The translations under genes and the position numbers were made by a program. The notes under the pieces are model-generated. The model saw only the letters and a program-made list of their open reading frames with translations. It was not told where the DNA came from and did not search any database. DNA of 64,000 nt from Felis catus. Taxonomy: Eukaryota. The stretch covers positions 49,973,815 through 50,037,814 of the forward strand of contig NC_058368.1 in NCBI RefSeq assembly GCF_018350175.1, read 5' to 3'. Below are positions 62,818 to 64,000 of this stretch, one piece after another (position 1 is the stretch's first letter; each line of letters begins with the position of its first letter).

Positions 62818-63035
62818 TTTTTTTTTTTTTTTTTAATGTTTATTTGCTTTTGAGAGACAGAGACAGACTGCAAGTGGGGGAGGAGCAGAGAGAGAGGGAG
62901 ACACAGAATCCGAGGCAGACTCCAGGCTCTGAGCTGTCAGCACAGAGCCCGATGCAGGGCTTGAACCCACAGGCTGTGAGATGATGACTGAAGCCGAAGT
63001 TGGACACTCAACCGGCTGAGCCACCCAGGCGCCCC
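62818..63035 (-). mobile_element. Felid SINE
   Basis: SINE body in LMO7 intron 1. Confidence 0.93.
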
Positions 63036-64000
63036 AAGAGACAATTTTTCTAAAGGCTTTGCCATATCATTATAATATAGTTAATGAAATTAACATTCAA
63101 GTCATTTTTTTTTTCCCCCTCCTGCCACTGGGAGCAAGGCAGTATGCTCATTGAAGATATGTGAACGCTTTACATATTCATGTACACTTTGGGCATGCTC
63201 TGGGCATTCAGAGTGACAGCAGTGTGCCTACTGTTAGGTTTACTTTATTTCTCCAGTTAGTGTCCAAATTTGTTTGTCTCCTTAGCTTTGCCTTTACAAC
63301 TAACTAAAGCACATAGTTTAAAACACTGTTCTTGCCAAAAGAAGCAGAATGGGTGACTCCTTTGTTGCCACAATCGCCTCTGAATTCCGAGAACCCCTAA
63401 TTTAAAGATAAAATATCGATTCCAAAGTGTATCTTATAACATATTTTGGCAAGTGAAGAAGATTATGGTGTAAGTCTTTCTTTTGCCATGCTAATGTTCT
63501 TGCTCCTGCTCCATTTTCTCTACCGTACTTTTCTCGACATATATTGAGACATATGTGGGTTATTCATATATATAAACATATATGTATTATATGGCATACT
63601 TTGCTGCCTTTATTCTCAGCTGCAGCTTTGACTAACCCAAGGTTGAGGAACTCCAATAACCTTGTAAAATTTTGAGTGACGGCCAGTGTCCATGTTAGTA
63701 TGTTCTTTGTCATTTCCATTCTTTTGTGATAGCTAATACATTATTTCCCACAACCAGAGTTAAAGTTTTATTTATTTTATTTTGAGAGGGGAAGGTGAAA
63801 GGGTGGGGCAAGGGCCAGTGATTGTTATTCTACCAACTAAAATTTTATGGCTATTTTAAATTGTGCTTAAATGGTTAAGAGTGTATGTATTTTTGGGGGG
63901 CTAGCTTAACATTTAAATTTAAAGCAAATGTAGGAATGTGCACTCTTTAATCCAACATAATGATATTGGATTATTATCTGGTTGGAAATGCTGTTTGGAA

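Noticed and set aside
1..64000. CRISPR arrays, prokaryotic operons, intact tRNA or snoRNA genes
   Set aside because: Mammalian intron-exon DNA; the repeated units are dispersed SINEs and microsatellites, the tRNA-like segments are SINE heads, and I could not recognise any snoRNA.

Overview
Mammalian (felid, judged by about 30 SINEC_Fc-type tRNA-derived SINEs) genomic window. It holds coding exons 3-9 and the 3' UTR of UCHL3 (+ strand; exons 1-2 lie upstream of the window), about 20 kb of intergenic sequence, and the CpG-island promoter and first coding exon of LMO7 (+ strand). The remainder is intron or intergenic DNA with SINEs, old L1, L2, MIR, CR1/L3, MER DNA transposons, MaLR/ERVL LTRs, microsatellites and a 5S rRNA pseudogene. 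The most striking observation is a 192-nt, stop-free, phase 0-0 cassette exon in UCHL3 intron 6 (28164-28355). It is the antisense strand of the 3' end of an ancient RTE-clade LINE and would insert 64 aa into the active-site crossover loop of UCH-L3. Also notable are a decayed homolog of the human LMO7 'MKKIRI' 5' exon, whose donor splices in frame to an acceptor just before the LMO7 CpG-island exon, and phase-compatible UCHL3-LMO7 readthrough junctions. No prokaryotic systems or CRISPR arrays are present. Repeat boundaries and subfamily names were read by eye and are approximate.
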